Shown: positions 14,082-26,297, counted from the first letter of the stretch. The stretch is 64,000 nucleotides of DNA from Eledone cirrhosa (GCA_964016885.1 OZ024740.1:376030001-376094000); one strand, 5' to 3'. Program-made: numbers and translations. The notes: generated by a model from the letters alone, not told the origin.

Positions 14082-14307
14082 TAACGAAGGAAATGTGGTA
14101 AGGAACTGGCAGGTTTAGCCACCATCTCCCCCTACCAATTTGCAACCACAGAATTACTACTGATTTTTGACAATCACTTTGACCATATATGGAATTACCC
14201 CTTGAGAAGATCGGCTATTTAAATACCAGGATAAATTTTCATTTAGTCCAGAATTAGCCGTCGAAACGGCTTGAGCTCAGCTGTCGGGGTCTTACTGGTT
14301 CCTATTA
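14082..14307 (+). repeat. ~225-bp element (pLTR-like or solo-LTR-like); copies at 15661-15886 and a rearranged copy at 57642-57831
   Basis: Starts taacgaaggaaatgtggtaaggaac directly after (TA)n and ends ccagaattagccgtcgaaacggcttgagctcagc...gttcctattaca. Both ends are shared with the 57.6 kb copy. Confidence 0.7.
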
Positions 14308-14308
14308 C

Positions 14309-14859
14309 ATGGTGGCTGCCAACTCGTTTTCGAGTACGGCCACTACTTTATATCCATGTAGGAGAACCCCTACCGATGCGCTGAACGAGTGTGACTTTTT
14401 AGTCCAGCCAGCGACTTGAAAACTCTGGTACAAACACTACACTTGTGACAATTACTGACACATAGTGCTGGGCCCATGGTACCATGTGACGACAAGTGCA
14501 GAGAGATCTCCAGATATAAAGCAATGCCTGTGCCGTGAAGCTTTTATAGTGAGCAAAGGCACTGCACAAAGCCAGTCCCACTCTCTTAACCAAGATGATA
14601 TTTACCAAAAAGAAGAACAAGTCAACATCATTGGATACCATCAGGGTTGCAGGTGTTATATCAGAGTTTTCCTTCTCCTAGAATTCTGCCTTGACAAAGG
14701 CTAAGGGGTCATCTCTCCCGGTGATTTTGGATGGCCATTGACTCTTAAGAGCTCCTTTGCCCTTTGACAGGTTTTGTTTTTAGTCCTGCAGGATGTCCAA
14801 AGTCACCCTCCTCACCAAGAAACCTTGGTGGGGTTGCCAGTTTAGTCGCCAACGACCCG
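14309..14859 (-). mobile_element. Non-autonomous RTE-derived element, duplicated copy
   Basis: Appears identical to copy A. Confidence 0.7.
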
Positions 14860-15887
14860 ACATACATACATATACATATACATACATATATATACATATA
14901 CACACATATACATACATATACATACACATACATACATACATATACATATATATATACACACACACATATACATATACACGCATATACATACATATACATA
15001 CACATATATACACATACATACACATATATACATATACATACCCATATATACATATACATACCCATACATACACATACATATATATATATACACATACACA
15101 CACATATACATACACATACATATATATACATATACATATACATACACATACATATACATACATATATATACATATACATATATATATACATATACATACA
15201 CACACATATACACACATATATGTACACATACATATACACACATATACACATATATATACATATACATACACATATACATATATACACATATACACACATA
15301 TACACACATATATATATATACACATATACACACATATACATATATATACACATATACATACATACACATACATACATATATACACACATATACATATATA
15401 TACACATACACATATATATATACATATACACATATACATACATATACATATATATATACATATACCCATATACACATACATACATACATACATATACATA
15501 CACATATACACATATATATACATATACACACATACATATACATATATACATACACATATACATATACATACATACATATACACACACATACATATACATA
15601 TATATATACATACACACATACATACATATACACACATATATATATATATACATATATATATAACGAAGGAAATGTGGTAAGGAACTGGCAGGTTTAGCCA
15701 CCATCTCCCCCTACCAATTTGCAACCACAGAATTACTACTGATTTTTGACAATCACTTTGACCATATATGGAATTACCCCTTGAGAAGATCGGCTATTTA
15801 AATACCAGGATAAATTTTCATTTAGTCCAGAATTAGCCGTCGAAACGGCTTGAGCTCAGCTGTCGGGGTCTTACTGGTTCCTATTAC

Positions 15888-16502
15888 ATGGTGGCTGCCA
15901 ACTCGTTTTCGAGTACGGCCACTACTTTATATCCATGTAGGAGAACCCCTACCGATGCGCTGAACGAGTGTGACTTTTTAGTCCAGTCAGCGACTTGAAA
16001 ACTCTGGTACAAACACTACACTTGTGACAATTATTGACACATAGTGCTGGGCCCATGGTACCATGTGACGGCAAGTGCAGAGAGATCTCCAGATATAAAG
16101 CAATGCCTGTGCCGTGAAGCTTTTATAGTGAGCAAAGGCACTGCACAAAGCCAGTCCCACTCTCTTAACCAAGATGATATTTACCAAAAAGAAGAACAAG
16201 TCAACATCATTGGATACCATCAGGGTTGCAGGTGTTATATCAGAGTTTTCCTTCTCCTAGAATTCTGCCTTGACAAAGGCTAAGGGGTCATCTCTCCCAG
16301 TGATTTTGGATGGCCATTGACTCTTAAGAGCTCCTTTGCCCTTTGACAGGTTTTGTTTTTAGTCCTGCAGGATGTCCAAAGTCACCCTCCTCACCAAGAA
16401 ACCTTAGTGGGGTTGCCAGTTTAGTCGCCAACGACCCGACCATGAGACAGGTTGTACTGGGATACATGTTACCAGTAGCACCAAGTGGTGACCTGACATT
16501 AC
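15888..16502 (-). mobile_element. Non-autonomous RTE-derived element, longest copy
   Basis: Same sequence with a few SNPs and ~60 bp more 5' sequence. Confidence 0.7.
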
Positions 16503-16965
16503 ATATATATATATTACATATATATATATATACATACACACATACATATATACACACACATATACATACATATACACATATACATACATGTACACGTATA
16601 CATACGTATATACACATATACACGTATACATATACATACACGCATATACATGCATACACACATATGCACATATACGTATACACATACACATGTACATACA
16701 TGTACACATATATATACATGCATACACACACATGTATACATATATATGTATACACATATACATATACATACATATACACACATACACACATACACATACA
16801 CATACACACATACACACATACACACATACACATACACACATACATATACATATATACATACATACATATACACACACATATACACACATACACACATATA
16901 CATATATATACATATACATACACACACATATATACACATATATACATATACATATATATACACAT

Positions 16966-17530
16966 ATGGTGGCTGCCAACTCGTTTTCGAGTACGGCCAC
17001 TACTTTATATCCATATAGGAGAACCCCTACCGATGCGCCGAACGGGTGTGACTTTTTAGTCCAGCCAGCGACTTGAAAACGCTGGAACAAACACTACACT
17101 TGTGACAATTATTGACACATAGTGCTGGGCCCATGGTACCATGTGACGACAAGTGCAGTTACATACACACATACATACAAACATACATACATACATACAT
17201 ACATACATACATACATACATACATACATACATACATACATACATACATACATACGTAACTGTTGGCTGCAAACTCGTTTTCGTGTACGGCCAATACTTTA
17301 TATCCATGTAGGAGAACCCTTACCGATGCGCTGAACGAGTGTGACTTTTTAGTCCAGCCAGCGACTTGAAAACTCTGGTACAAACACTACACTTGTGACA
17401 ATTATTGACACATAGTGCTGGGCCCATGGTACCATGTGACGACAAGTGCAGAGAGATCTCCTGATACAACGCAATGCCTGTGCCGTGAAGCTTTTATAGT
17501 GAGCAAAGACACTGCACAAAGCCAGTCCCA
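16966..17530 (-). mobile_element. Two further 5'-truncated copies of the RTE-derived element (16966-17158 and 17258-17530) separated by (ATAC)n
   Basis: Direct sequence similarity to 12730 onward. Confidence 0.75.
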
Positions 17531-18271
17531 AATATATAAAATCACAAAGCCAGAATATATACACACATATACGCACATACGCACACGTATTAGTTCTTTG
17601 CAGCTGTATGAGACAGTAGAATATCGTTGGCTATCATTAACGCACATATATTTTCATAGGCGTATCTTCTTGAGTTAGGTTTATGAGTCATCAGTCATGT
17701 GTTTGATTTAGTTTGTAACTATTGGGCGCAATCTGTATGTACCAATGCGTATGTACCAATGAGTATTGCGTCCATCGTAAATCGTTGATGTTTTGTGTAG
17801 GAAGATTCTGTAAATTATAAATGCGTTTTCTACTAATGTTGTGCTATCTAGTTTTCTGTGGTGTTGTGTAGTGCATTAACATTATTCTTTGATGTATGTA
17901 TGTATGTATGTATGTATTATGTATGTATGTATGTATGTATGTATGTATGTATGTATGTATGTATGTATGTATGTATGTATGTATGTATGTATGTATGGAT
18001 GGATGGATACGGAATTTATCTTTAACGCATCGTAATCTTCAACAGATAAACAGAAAAAAAAACATTAGCGGTAAACAGCACACCTGCTGCTTCCCACTTA
18101 TTTACAATTACATCGTTCTTCCGTTAAATTAGAAGAATCTTAACTGCGCTATTTTCTCTTTATCCCACTCAGGAGATATATTTAGGCATTTTTTTTTTCA
18201 TATAATTTCGTTCTAATTAAACATATTCTGTCCAATTCAATATTCTGTATCTCTCTCTCGCTCTCTCTTTC

Positions 18272-18449
<178 letters not shown>

Positions 18450-18625
18450 AGTATATATACGTACATACATATATGTATGCAGACGTACAGTAGTATATAC
18501 ATACATATATAGATACATGCACATATATATATATATGTATGTATTGGTTTACCGAACATTTATTATAATGCTCGGTTTGTTTATATACAAACAGCCCGAA
18601 TTGTTAGCCGTACACTGACAAAGGA

Positions 18626-18667
18626 AATATGAACTAGTTTCTAGCTTATCAGCTGTCATCAGTACCT
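18626..18667 (-). ncRNA. Hammerhead ribozyme motif, family R (stem I degenerate)
   Basis: Minus strand: ggta CTGATGA c agct gata agct a GAAA ctag tt catatt. Confidence 0.55.
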
Positions 18668-19045
18668 TATACCTTCCTGGCAGTTGATTGAACGTTTGAA
18701 AGTATATACTTTCCTTATGCATATTAAAGGCTGAGCAGCCTAATTTGCATATCGAGTGAGTTAGTCGGCCGGGCGTACCGAAAACGATAAATGGAAAAAA
18801 TGAAATTTCATTTCTCACTCTTAGTACGGCTGGTACTTAAATATAATTATGTATACCTACATACATATATGTATACAGTCGTACAATAGTATGTATCTAC
18901 ATACATGTACACATATATATGTACGTATGGATTTACCGAACATTTATTATAATGCTCGGTTTGTTTGTAAACAAACAGCCCGAATTATTAACCGTACAGT
19001 GTTCGGCAACCATCGTTGCCATTTTGTTCAACACTGAGAAAAGGA

Positions 19046-19088
19046 ACGATGAACTAGTTTCTAGCTTATCAGCTGTCATCAGCACCGT
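19046..19088 (-). ncRNA. Minimal type I hammerhead ribozyme motif, family R (best copy)
   Basis: acggtg CTGATGA c-agct-gata-agct-a GAAA ctag TT catcgt. Stem I is 6 bp, stem III is the palindrome ACTAGT, and the triplet is GUU. The C10.1/A11.1 mismatch is non-canonical. Confidence 0.7.
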
Positions 19089-19611
19089 ATACCTTCCTGT
19101 CAGTTGATTGAACGTTTGAAAGTATATACTTTCCTTTCATTTCTCACTATTGGTACGGCTGATACTTAAATATAAGTATGTATACGTATATACATATTAT
19201 ACAGACGTACAGTAGTATGTATATATATGCATACAAGCACACATATATATATATATATGTAGGTATACATACTTATATTTAAGTATCAGCCGTACTAAGG
19301 GTGAGAAAGGAAATTTCATTTTTCCCATTTATCGTCTTCGGTACGCCCGGCCGACGAACTCACTCGATATGTAATTTAGGCTCCTCGAACGTTAATATGC
19401 ATAGGGAACAAAATGCTAATGCTGGTTGCCGAACACTGTACGGTTAATAATTCGGGCTGTTTGTTTACAAACAACCGACCATTATAATAAATGTTCGAGT
19501 TTTGAATAATATTAAATCTCCAGAAAATAACTGCCGAGTGCTACTTATCTATTGTAAAATTGTATTCGTTGAATAATCAACGAACCATATAAACTTTGGT
19601 TTGGACTAAAT

Positions 19612-19885
19612 AAAGATGGCGTAGAAAATACAATGCAACGGGAGGAAACAATAGCACTACTGACGATGTTGCAGATGTGCAACGAAAGAACTTTGATATG
19701 TGTTTGTGTCTATATTGTATCTGTATTATTTTTGACCGTCAATGGCAACACTGAGGACCGAATAAATTAGATTACCGATATAAAAGACACAGAAGCTTAA
19801 AGCGAAAACCAACCAAACAGTGAGTGTGTTCTGTTATTAATTCTGGCAATATTACACAAATATGACCCTCCCCAATTATAACAAC

Positions 19886-19886
<1 letters not shown>
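19612..19886 (+). repeat. HHR-bearing pLTR-like element, family B (single arm; HHR at ~19655-19700)
   Basis: aagatggcgtag ... CTGACGA t gttgca gatg tgcaac GAAA gaactt ... atgaccctcccc..tataaca then (TA)n. Same start, HHR and end as the arms of the 31 kb palindrome. Confidence 0.7.
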
Positions 19887-19949
<63 letters not shown>

Positions 19950-20112
19950 GGTACAGAATCATTTTGTTCTTCTTTAATGAATTAATATTTAATTCTAAGT
20001 TATTAATGTATTGGTGTTATATACTACAGTAAAATATATAAATCCCATGTTGAATTATGCATTTGAAAATATAGTAATGTAGGAACATTTCAATGATACA
20101 ATCAATATTAAC

Positions 20113-20120
20113 TCTACTAT

Positions 20121-20160
<40 letters not shown>

Positions 20161-20173
20161 GCTACTACTACTG

Positions 20174-20233
<60 letters not shown>

Positions 20234-20253
20234 TTACTACTACTACTACTACT
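20113..20253. repeat. (TAC)n microsatellite
   Basis: Directly visible. Confidence 0.95.
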
Positions 20254-20413
20254 AAGGAACATATGAATGCACGTATATATGATACCGTGCGTGTATTTAT
20301 ATTTATATGATTTAGTTGCAATACAAACAGAAAATACATACTGGGTCTTATACGCTCGACTAAATCTCTTTATATCATTGCCCAGTCTCCATGGAATATA
20401 ATGACTTAAACCT

Positions 20414-20770
20414 GTAAAAGAATAGAATAAAAGAATATCTCCTACGTATAGTCAGTCATATTCCTGTCTCTCCAATATAGTATTCTTTACATTGTGGGCA
20501 TGTACCACAACAGATCAAGTTTATTGATTTGCAATTTATATTTTTATTTATTTAAACATTTCGTTGTTTTCTGAAAATGTGTTCAGTCTTTTCAATATAT
20601 GTCTAGCCAAGAGGTTAACACATGTTTGAACTAGTATTATTTCTACTTCTGATTTAAATCTTACCTTAGTTAATCATTTATATTGTGTACTTGTCATCTA
20701 CTGTAAATTTTGGTTATATTTGTCAATTTAGTTCGGTATAAGCATTTTACTAAATATTTATTTTTAGTTT
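20414..20770 (-). pseudogene. GIY-YIG endonuclease fragment of a different PLE family
   Basis: NCKSINLICCGTCPQCKEYYIGETG. The 123-bp core is duplicated at 21808-21930. Confidence 0.65.
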
Positions 20771-21488
20771 TACTTTGTTCAATATTTGTTTACTCTCACG
20801 ACAGACAAGGTTTAGACGTGTTGTTTCGGGGATTCTGCTAGAGTCAGCAGCAACACACACAAGCACGTGTTGCTACCCAATTCAGCCCCCCGATAAAATA
20901 TACCAAATGATTGATATATTTACACAAAACAAAGCCGAAACACATCATGGTTGTTTATTTAGATTTATCGCCACTATATTATTCATTCTTTTAGGAACGT
21001 CAGTAGACTCTCTGAGGATGTGGCCCCACGACATGTGTTGGCTGTTGCAGCGGGTGTTGTCAGATCTGCTCTTCTTTAACCCTTCCCCATGTTTCCATTG
21101 TTTATACAGTATAAGTAATTATGAAAATTTAATAAATTGTTTATAGTGGTTATAATTGTAATACTAAAAGAAATGGCTTTCAATCTTGCTTTTAACTTTT
21201 CCCATTTCATTATCTCTCTTTCATTTCCACTGATTGTCCCCCACCTCCGCCACCTATCCATTTAACTACTATGATAAACTCAACCAAAGAACTACCGAGA
21301 CCAGTGACCTATTATTTCATACCCTACAAATATTACTACACCCTCTCTACATCTGTCCATGCATCGAGTACTCACATGATTAGAGATCTCCCCAGTCTCA
21401 TCACCGCAGACTATCTATAACCAAGTTCCCTCGGTAGAGCACTTTTCCATCCCTAATCCAACTACCCAGTGATCGCCTACCTAACATA

Positions 21489-22245
21489 ATGCAAAGGAAG
21501 ACCATCGATTTCTCTACCTCCAAAATGCCCTTTCCTAGCAGGAAGTCATACGTCCGACTCCTGCTGCAGAAGACTGACATCAAACGACTTAGATGGCGTG
21601 CATTCTTCTTCAACCACATAACCAGCTGCGTGACAACCGCCAACAGAGAGAGACTTATGGATTCAAATCCATTTCAACTCCACCAACCAACCCACTGCTT
21701 GCTGAATTTGAAGCAGATCTCTTCTCTTTGATCAAGAATATTAAATTCAAAAGGTACTCTAACGAGTTCCAGAGGAAACCCCAACAATTCCCCAGTGAAC
21801 TGAACCAGTAAAAGAATAGAATAAAACAATATCTCCTACGTATAGTCAGTAATATTCCTGTCTCTCCAATATTGTATTCTTTACATTGTGGGCATGTAGC
21901 ATAACAGATCAAGTTTATTGATTTGCAATTCTGAAGAACAGGGATGACCTCCTGGTATACTCGGATAAAACTAACCATCTGTACCCCATCGACCATGAAC
22001 ATTAAAACTGGTTCGTCTACAACGGCCTCAATTCTAATTATAGAAAGACCAACCACTCAACTATCAACACAATCAATAAAACGGGCCAGTGGATTACCTC
22101 TGACCACCTAATCAAAGACCGCATCGAATCAATTAGCACACAGGAGTCACAGTTCTCCCTGAAGGACCACAGGTGAGACTTCAACAGGAACCCAACTATA
22201 CGTCTAATCAATCCCGCGAAGTCGGACATGGGATGGGTTAGTAGT
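21489..22245 (+). pseudogene. N-terminal fragment of a PLE ORF (same group as 54050-56200), interrupted by a 123-bp insertion
   Basis: KRLRWRAFFF, YGFKS...FEADLFSLIKNIKF, SDKTNHLY, LKDH, IRLINPAKSDMG. Confidence 0.8.
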
Positions 22246-22269
22246 TAACTGCTGTTGCAGCTCTAAGTT

Positions 22270-22990
22270 AAAAAGCTGATCTGATAAACTGGAGATGTGA
22301 TGAACGCGATAGCAATACCAGGAACATGATGACACTACAAGGGGCTCTACACCTCAAAAGTGACGTGGACATGCTGTATCTATCACGACAGAGAGGAGGA
22401 AGAGATCTCATTAGCTGTGAAATGTGGATGAAGTCTGGGGAAAATAATCTGGCCTAAATGAGAGATTATTGGCACGAGTAAGAAATACATAGCAAAGAAA
22501 AAGGGATAATTTAAGCAAGGCAGACAGAAACACATAGATGAAAAGAAATAAGCAATGTATAGTCATTTCTGACTTGAAATGTCCGAGACAGTTGACAAAG
22601 ATACGAACTGGGAATGGGCTCAGGAAAGTGACTAAAAAGATGAAACTGAAGCCCATATTTTCGCAGCCCAGGAAATGATCAATATCAAGTTCAATATTGA
22701 CAAGTCAGTGAATTTCCCACTTTGCAAGTTGCATCGTGAGAAAGGTGAAAAATTAAACCACATTATTAGTGAATGTAAGATGCTTTCTCAGTAAAAGTGC
22801 ACAAGAGAAGCAACGACAACATTGCTAGAATGGTTCGTTGGAAGCTATGTAATAAGTATGTACATGAGCAGAAGTGAGAAATTGTATGAGCACCAGTATG
22901 AGATCTTTTGGGATATGACCATTCAATGCGGCCATTTCATCGTAGCTAGGAAGCCTGACATTGTTGTCGTAGAAAAAAAGAAACAGGTCA
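22270..22990 (+). pseudogene. R4/Dong-like (RLE-type) LINE remnant
   Basis: GALHLKSDVDMLYLSRQRGGRDL, ETEAHIFAAQE, NHIISECKML (CCHC knuckle), IFWDMTIQC...RKPDIVVV (RLE). Confidence 0.75.
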
Positions 22991-23928
22991 AAACAGCAAA
23001 CTAAAATGTATACTCTTGGATCAAAGGATAATCTACCGATTATTTAACACTTTTATATAATATATCACTTTAAACAATGGTATTAAGATATTTCGTTTAC
23101 AACCAAATATACCATGATAATGGCAAACGTATTCTATATATAAATCTATCCAACCACCTTGTTTGTTCACTAAATGTCATATCTGAAGATATTTTCATTC
23201 GTTATAATGCGATTCCTGTTCTGGGCAGATAAATATCCAAACCAGAATATACTTATGGACATACTGCACATACAATAAAAATGACTAACAATGGTCTTTT
23301 ACTATCTATCATTTTACCACATCCACCTTTCTATCGGTAAATAAGCATGATGAGATAGAGATTGATAATAACCATCAAACCAATAATATATAAAAAGTTC
23401 CCACGGGAAATAAACAACTATATTTCAAAAGAAACTGTATTAAGCTGGAAATGAAAGGTGAAAAGATTTTGTAAGAATAGAAAAATAAAAGAAGTATGAA
23501 TATAGAATATAAATCAACGTCTATTTAAAACGCATTGTAGTTCAAAGAGCAACTTAAACTAGATCACCGAAATACTAAAATATGCATATGGAAATGCATT
23601 AAGTCTGATTGTAAATGTATCCCAAATAATAAAATAATAATGATAATAATATGAATTGTCTTTGAAGCCACACGTATATTAATGTTGTTTTTATGAATTC
23701 CACCTGTAAAGAGTACACAGCATGTTCCAGTAATTTATAGCAATCCAAATGTAAAAGTCACTTATTGATACGATTGATTTTTTTTTTTTTTATATTTAGT
23801 GCTGTGTTTATTCCTGGCTCTGAAGTGGAAAAAGAAACAAATGAATATTTTTTTCATTATAACCACAATAAAAGCCTTCGAACTGAATCATACTGTCAGT
23901 GGTGGTGGTGGTGGTCGTCGTCGTGGTT

Positions 23929-24021
<93 letters not shown>

Positions 24022-24028
24022 CAGCAGC

Positions 24029-24082
<54 letters not shown>
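23929..24082. repeat. (TAG)n microsatellite
   Basis: Directly visible. Confidence 0.95.
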
Positions 24083-24083
<1 letters not shown>

Positions 24084-24849
24084 AACCTAACTTCAGTACA
24101 ATGTTATATATGTTACGGAAAGTGTATTGTCTAGTCAGTCAATCGACGTACATGACTGGCTATACTGACAACGAAAGAAAACAATGTAATGCTGGTAACA
24201 ATTCTATAGGAATTCTGAATATTGATGTTTTACACTAAATAATACAGGCATTTCAGCCTATTATTTATGTCACTATACCGCTTAAATAGGCATCCATCAC
24301 AGGATGGGCAATCAGATTTCTATGGTCTGGTGATTATAACGGAAGATGCAACTGAAAAGACTTAAGATCGACAAATTCCTCTTCGACCAAGCACTCATCA
24401 GATCATCAATTTTCTATTTGCTGTGAGGTTTTGGTTCTGTGAGGGGTTTTGGTACTGAAAAGTGAGCAAACTTTTCAAACATAAAGGGAAAATGCTGTGG
24501 ATATTTCAATTCGTATTAGATGAGGAGTGTTGATGCTGCAGAAACAATGCTGTGGATATTTCAATTCGTATTAGATGAGGTGTGATGATGCTGCGAAAAA
24601 TGTTCTCTAGATAACTGCAGTCACCAAACACTGCTCAAAACGGTGGTATGCTCGAAGAACCAAAATCACACTATTGGGTCGTTAAATAGTAGGATCTAGC
24701 AGTGCTGTGATCAAATTTCGATCGGTTTAAAGCAGACTATGACTGTAGGTTGGCTGGGCGAATATCATTGGGTTTTAGCCCAGTCATTAGTGAGGATGGA
24801 AATCTACAAATTATGGTAGCCAGGGCTTGATGGGAAAAAGAAATGAACA

Positions 24850-25710
24850 GCTATTGTGACCATTTATCTTTGATGACATTATCCATCACTCGCCTCTTCC
24901 GTATGTCTTAGTACCGAAAGTTTTCCATCGGTATCAAGAGACGTCGAAAGGTATTCTGCGTAAACCAAGATTGGAAGGAACCGTTTATCCACACGCGTTC
25001 TACAGCACAATTATTGTGTCAGATACATTTGCAAAGGAGTTTGTCGGCAATTTTCTGGAGGTGTACCAGGAAGTAACGAGAGCATCAACCATAAGAAGTC
25101 GATGAACTTGAAACCTGAGACGTTGGAACGTATGTCTATGGGTGCAATTGCCTTAGAGTGTGATTTAGACCAGAATTCTAAGACAAAAACTTACTCCAGG
25201 CTAACTCTAAAATGGGTCGAGAGAAATCTATACTTGAAAGGCGAGGGGGAAGTAGGTAATATATATATTATGTCGGTGGTATAGTAACACTTGACAGTCG
25301 TGCTTTGTTTACGGAAACATCTGGCTAGATTCGAGTGTGTGCTCTTCTGTTTCCTGTGGAAGAGTGTGGGTTTGCCGGTCTGAAGTTTCATGTGCGGGCA
25401 ACGATCCCTACAAAAGGATCTCAGAAGAATGGGACTGGTGAGATGCAAGCGCGAACTGAGCGTAACGCATAAGCAGATTCCTGGACAACAACGACGCTGA
25501 TAATGTCGTTTCGTCTTTCATGATTGGCACCTTCTCACCACATTTTGCCTTGGCAGAGTCACTTCCAGGCTCATGAGCAAACTGTTGCTGGATAATTGAC
25601 ATTAGAATTGTCGCCAGATGTACACTGCACTATATCTAATGGAGTATATAATAGATTAAAGGTCAAGCTCTGCATTCTATAGGGGCCCAGTGGAAATAGG
25701 TGCATTGATG
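24850..25710 (-). pseudogene. Possible very decayed Gypsy pol (RT/RNase H) remnant
   Basis: Weak collinear resemblances: PLGPYRMQSLTFNL, SSTSYG, NNCAVER and DTDGKL to the PFGL, DASxYG, NYSxxEKE and TDHKPL motifs. Confidence 0.3.
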
Positions 25711-25844
25711 ACATGGATGTGATATTTTATTCTCTATCAATTATTATCTGTTTGTTATTGTGTCCTTATATCTAATTGGAACTCATCTAACTTTTACTCA
25801 ACATCGATCCTTTGTTTGTTTCCTAAGTATTTCGGATTTGGTTG

Positions 25845-26297
25845 AAAGGACTGAAGGCAACACTTTTCTCTTCGGCCAATCCCTCGTCGACTTTTTGTCT
25901 TTCACATGGAAAGAAAAGTGAGAGTGGAGAGAGACGTCCTGCGCCTCAGTATATTTCCTAAACTGTGGGTGAATATGATGAGAAACGGCCTAATCTCAGC
26001 ATGCACCTGTAGGCTGGTTAATTTGAGGTGGAGTGTGGTGCCCTTTTCGGGTGCCCTGGAAGTGTCGGGTGGTTCAATATTGGTTGGGTACCTGCTTCGA
26101 CCCTTGGTGGTCATCCCTCCCGCCCTCCATAGGGGAATTATCATTGTTGTATTTTTTGTATATTGTTAGTGTTTTTTATATTGTTTACTGATTTGTGTGT
26201 AAACACGCAACCGTACCCATTTATTGTATTTCCCCCTATGTGTCGGCCCTTGTGGCCAATAAGTTAAACAATCATTATTATTGTTATTATTATTATT
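25845..26297 (+). mobile_element. 3' end fragment of an L1/Tx1-type LINE with (TTA)n tail
   Basis: RKVRVERDVL...FPKLWV resembles the C-terminus of ORF 40129-40632. The 3'UTR end gcccttgtggccaataa matches the end of the 40 kb LINE. Confidence 0.7.

Larger units (their letters stand above)
12730..15887. repeat. Near-perfect tandem duplication, period 1579 bp
   Basis: ORF coordinates repeat at +1579 (12820/14399, 13166/14745). The ~800-bp irregular AT/AC tract is almost identical in both units. Confidence 0.95.
18452..19497 (-). repeat. Retrozyme-like HHR tandem repeat, locus 1 (two minus-strand units plus an inverted partial unit)
   Basis: HHR motifs are 420 bp apart and orientation flips at ~19255. 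Same family as 60372-61372. Confidence 0.75.

Noticed and set aside
13166-17090. Long ORFs of 200-320 aa (YIYI, HTHT, VCVC)
   Set aside because: These are translations of AT/AC microsatellites that lack stop codons, not genes. The same applies to similar ORFs across the window.
20810-21050. Two degenerate HHR-like strings (CTGCTGA...GAAAC on the minus strand; CTGAGGA-t-gtgg-cc-ccac-GACA on the plus strand)
   Set aside because: Each has a core mutation and no stem I pairing. They may be fossil pLTR ribozymes but are not supportable from one copy.
24491-24594. ~55-bp direct tandem duplication
   Set aside because: Two copies only and no spacer pattern; an ordinary local duplication, not a CRISPR array.
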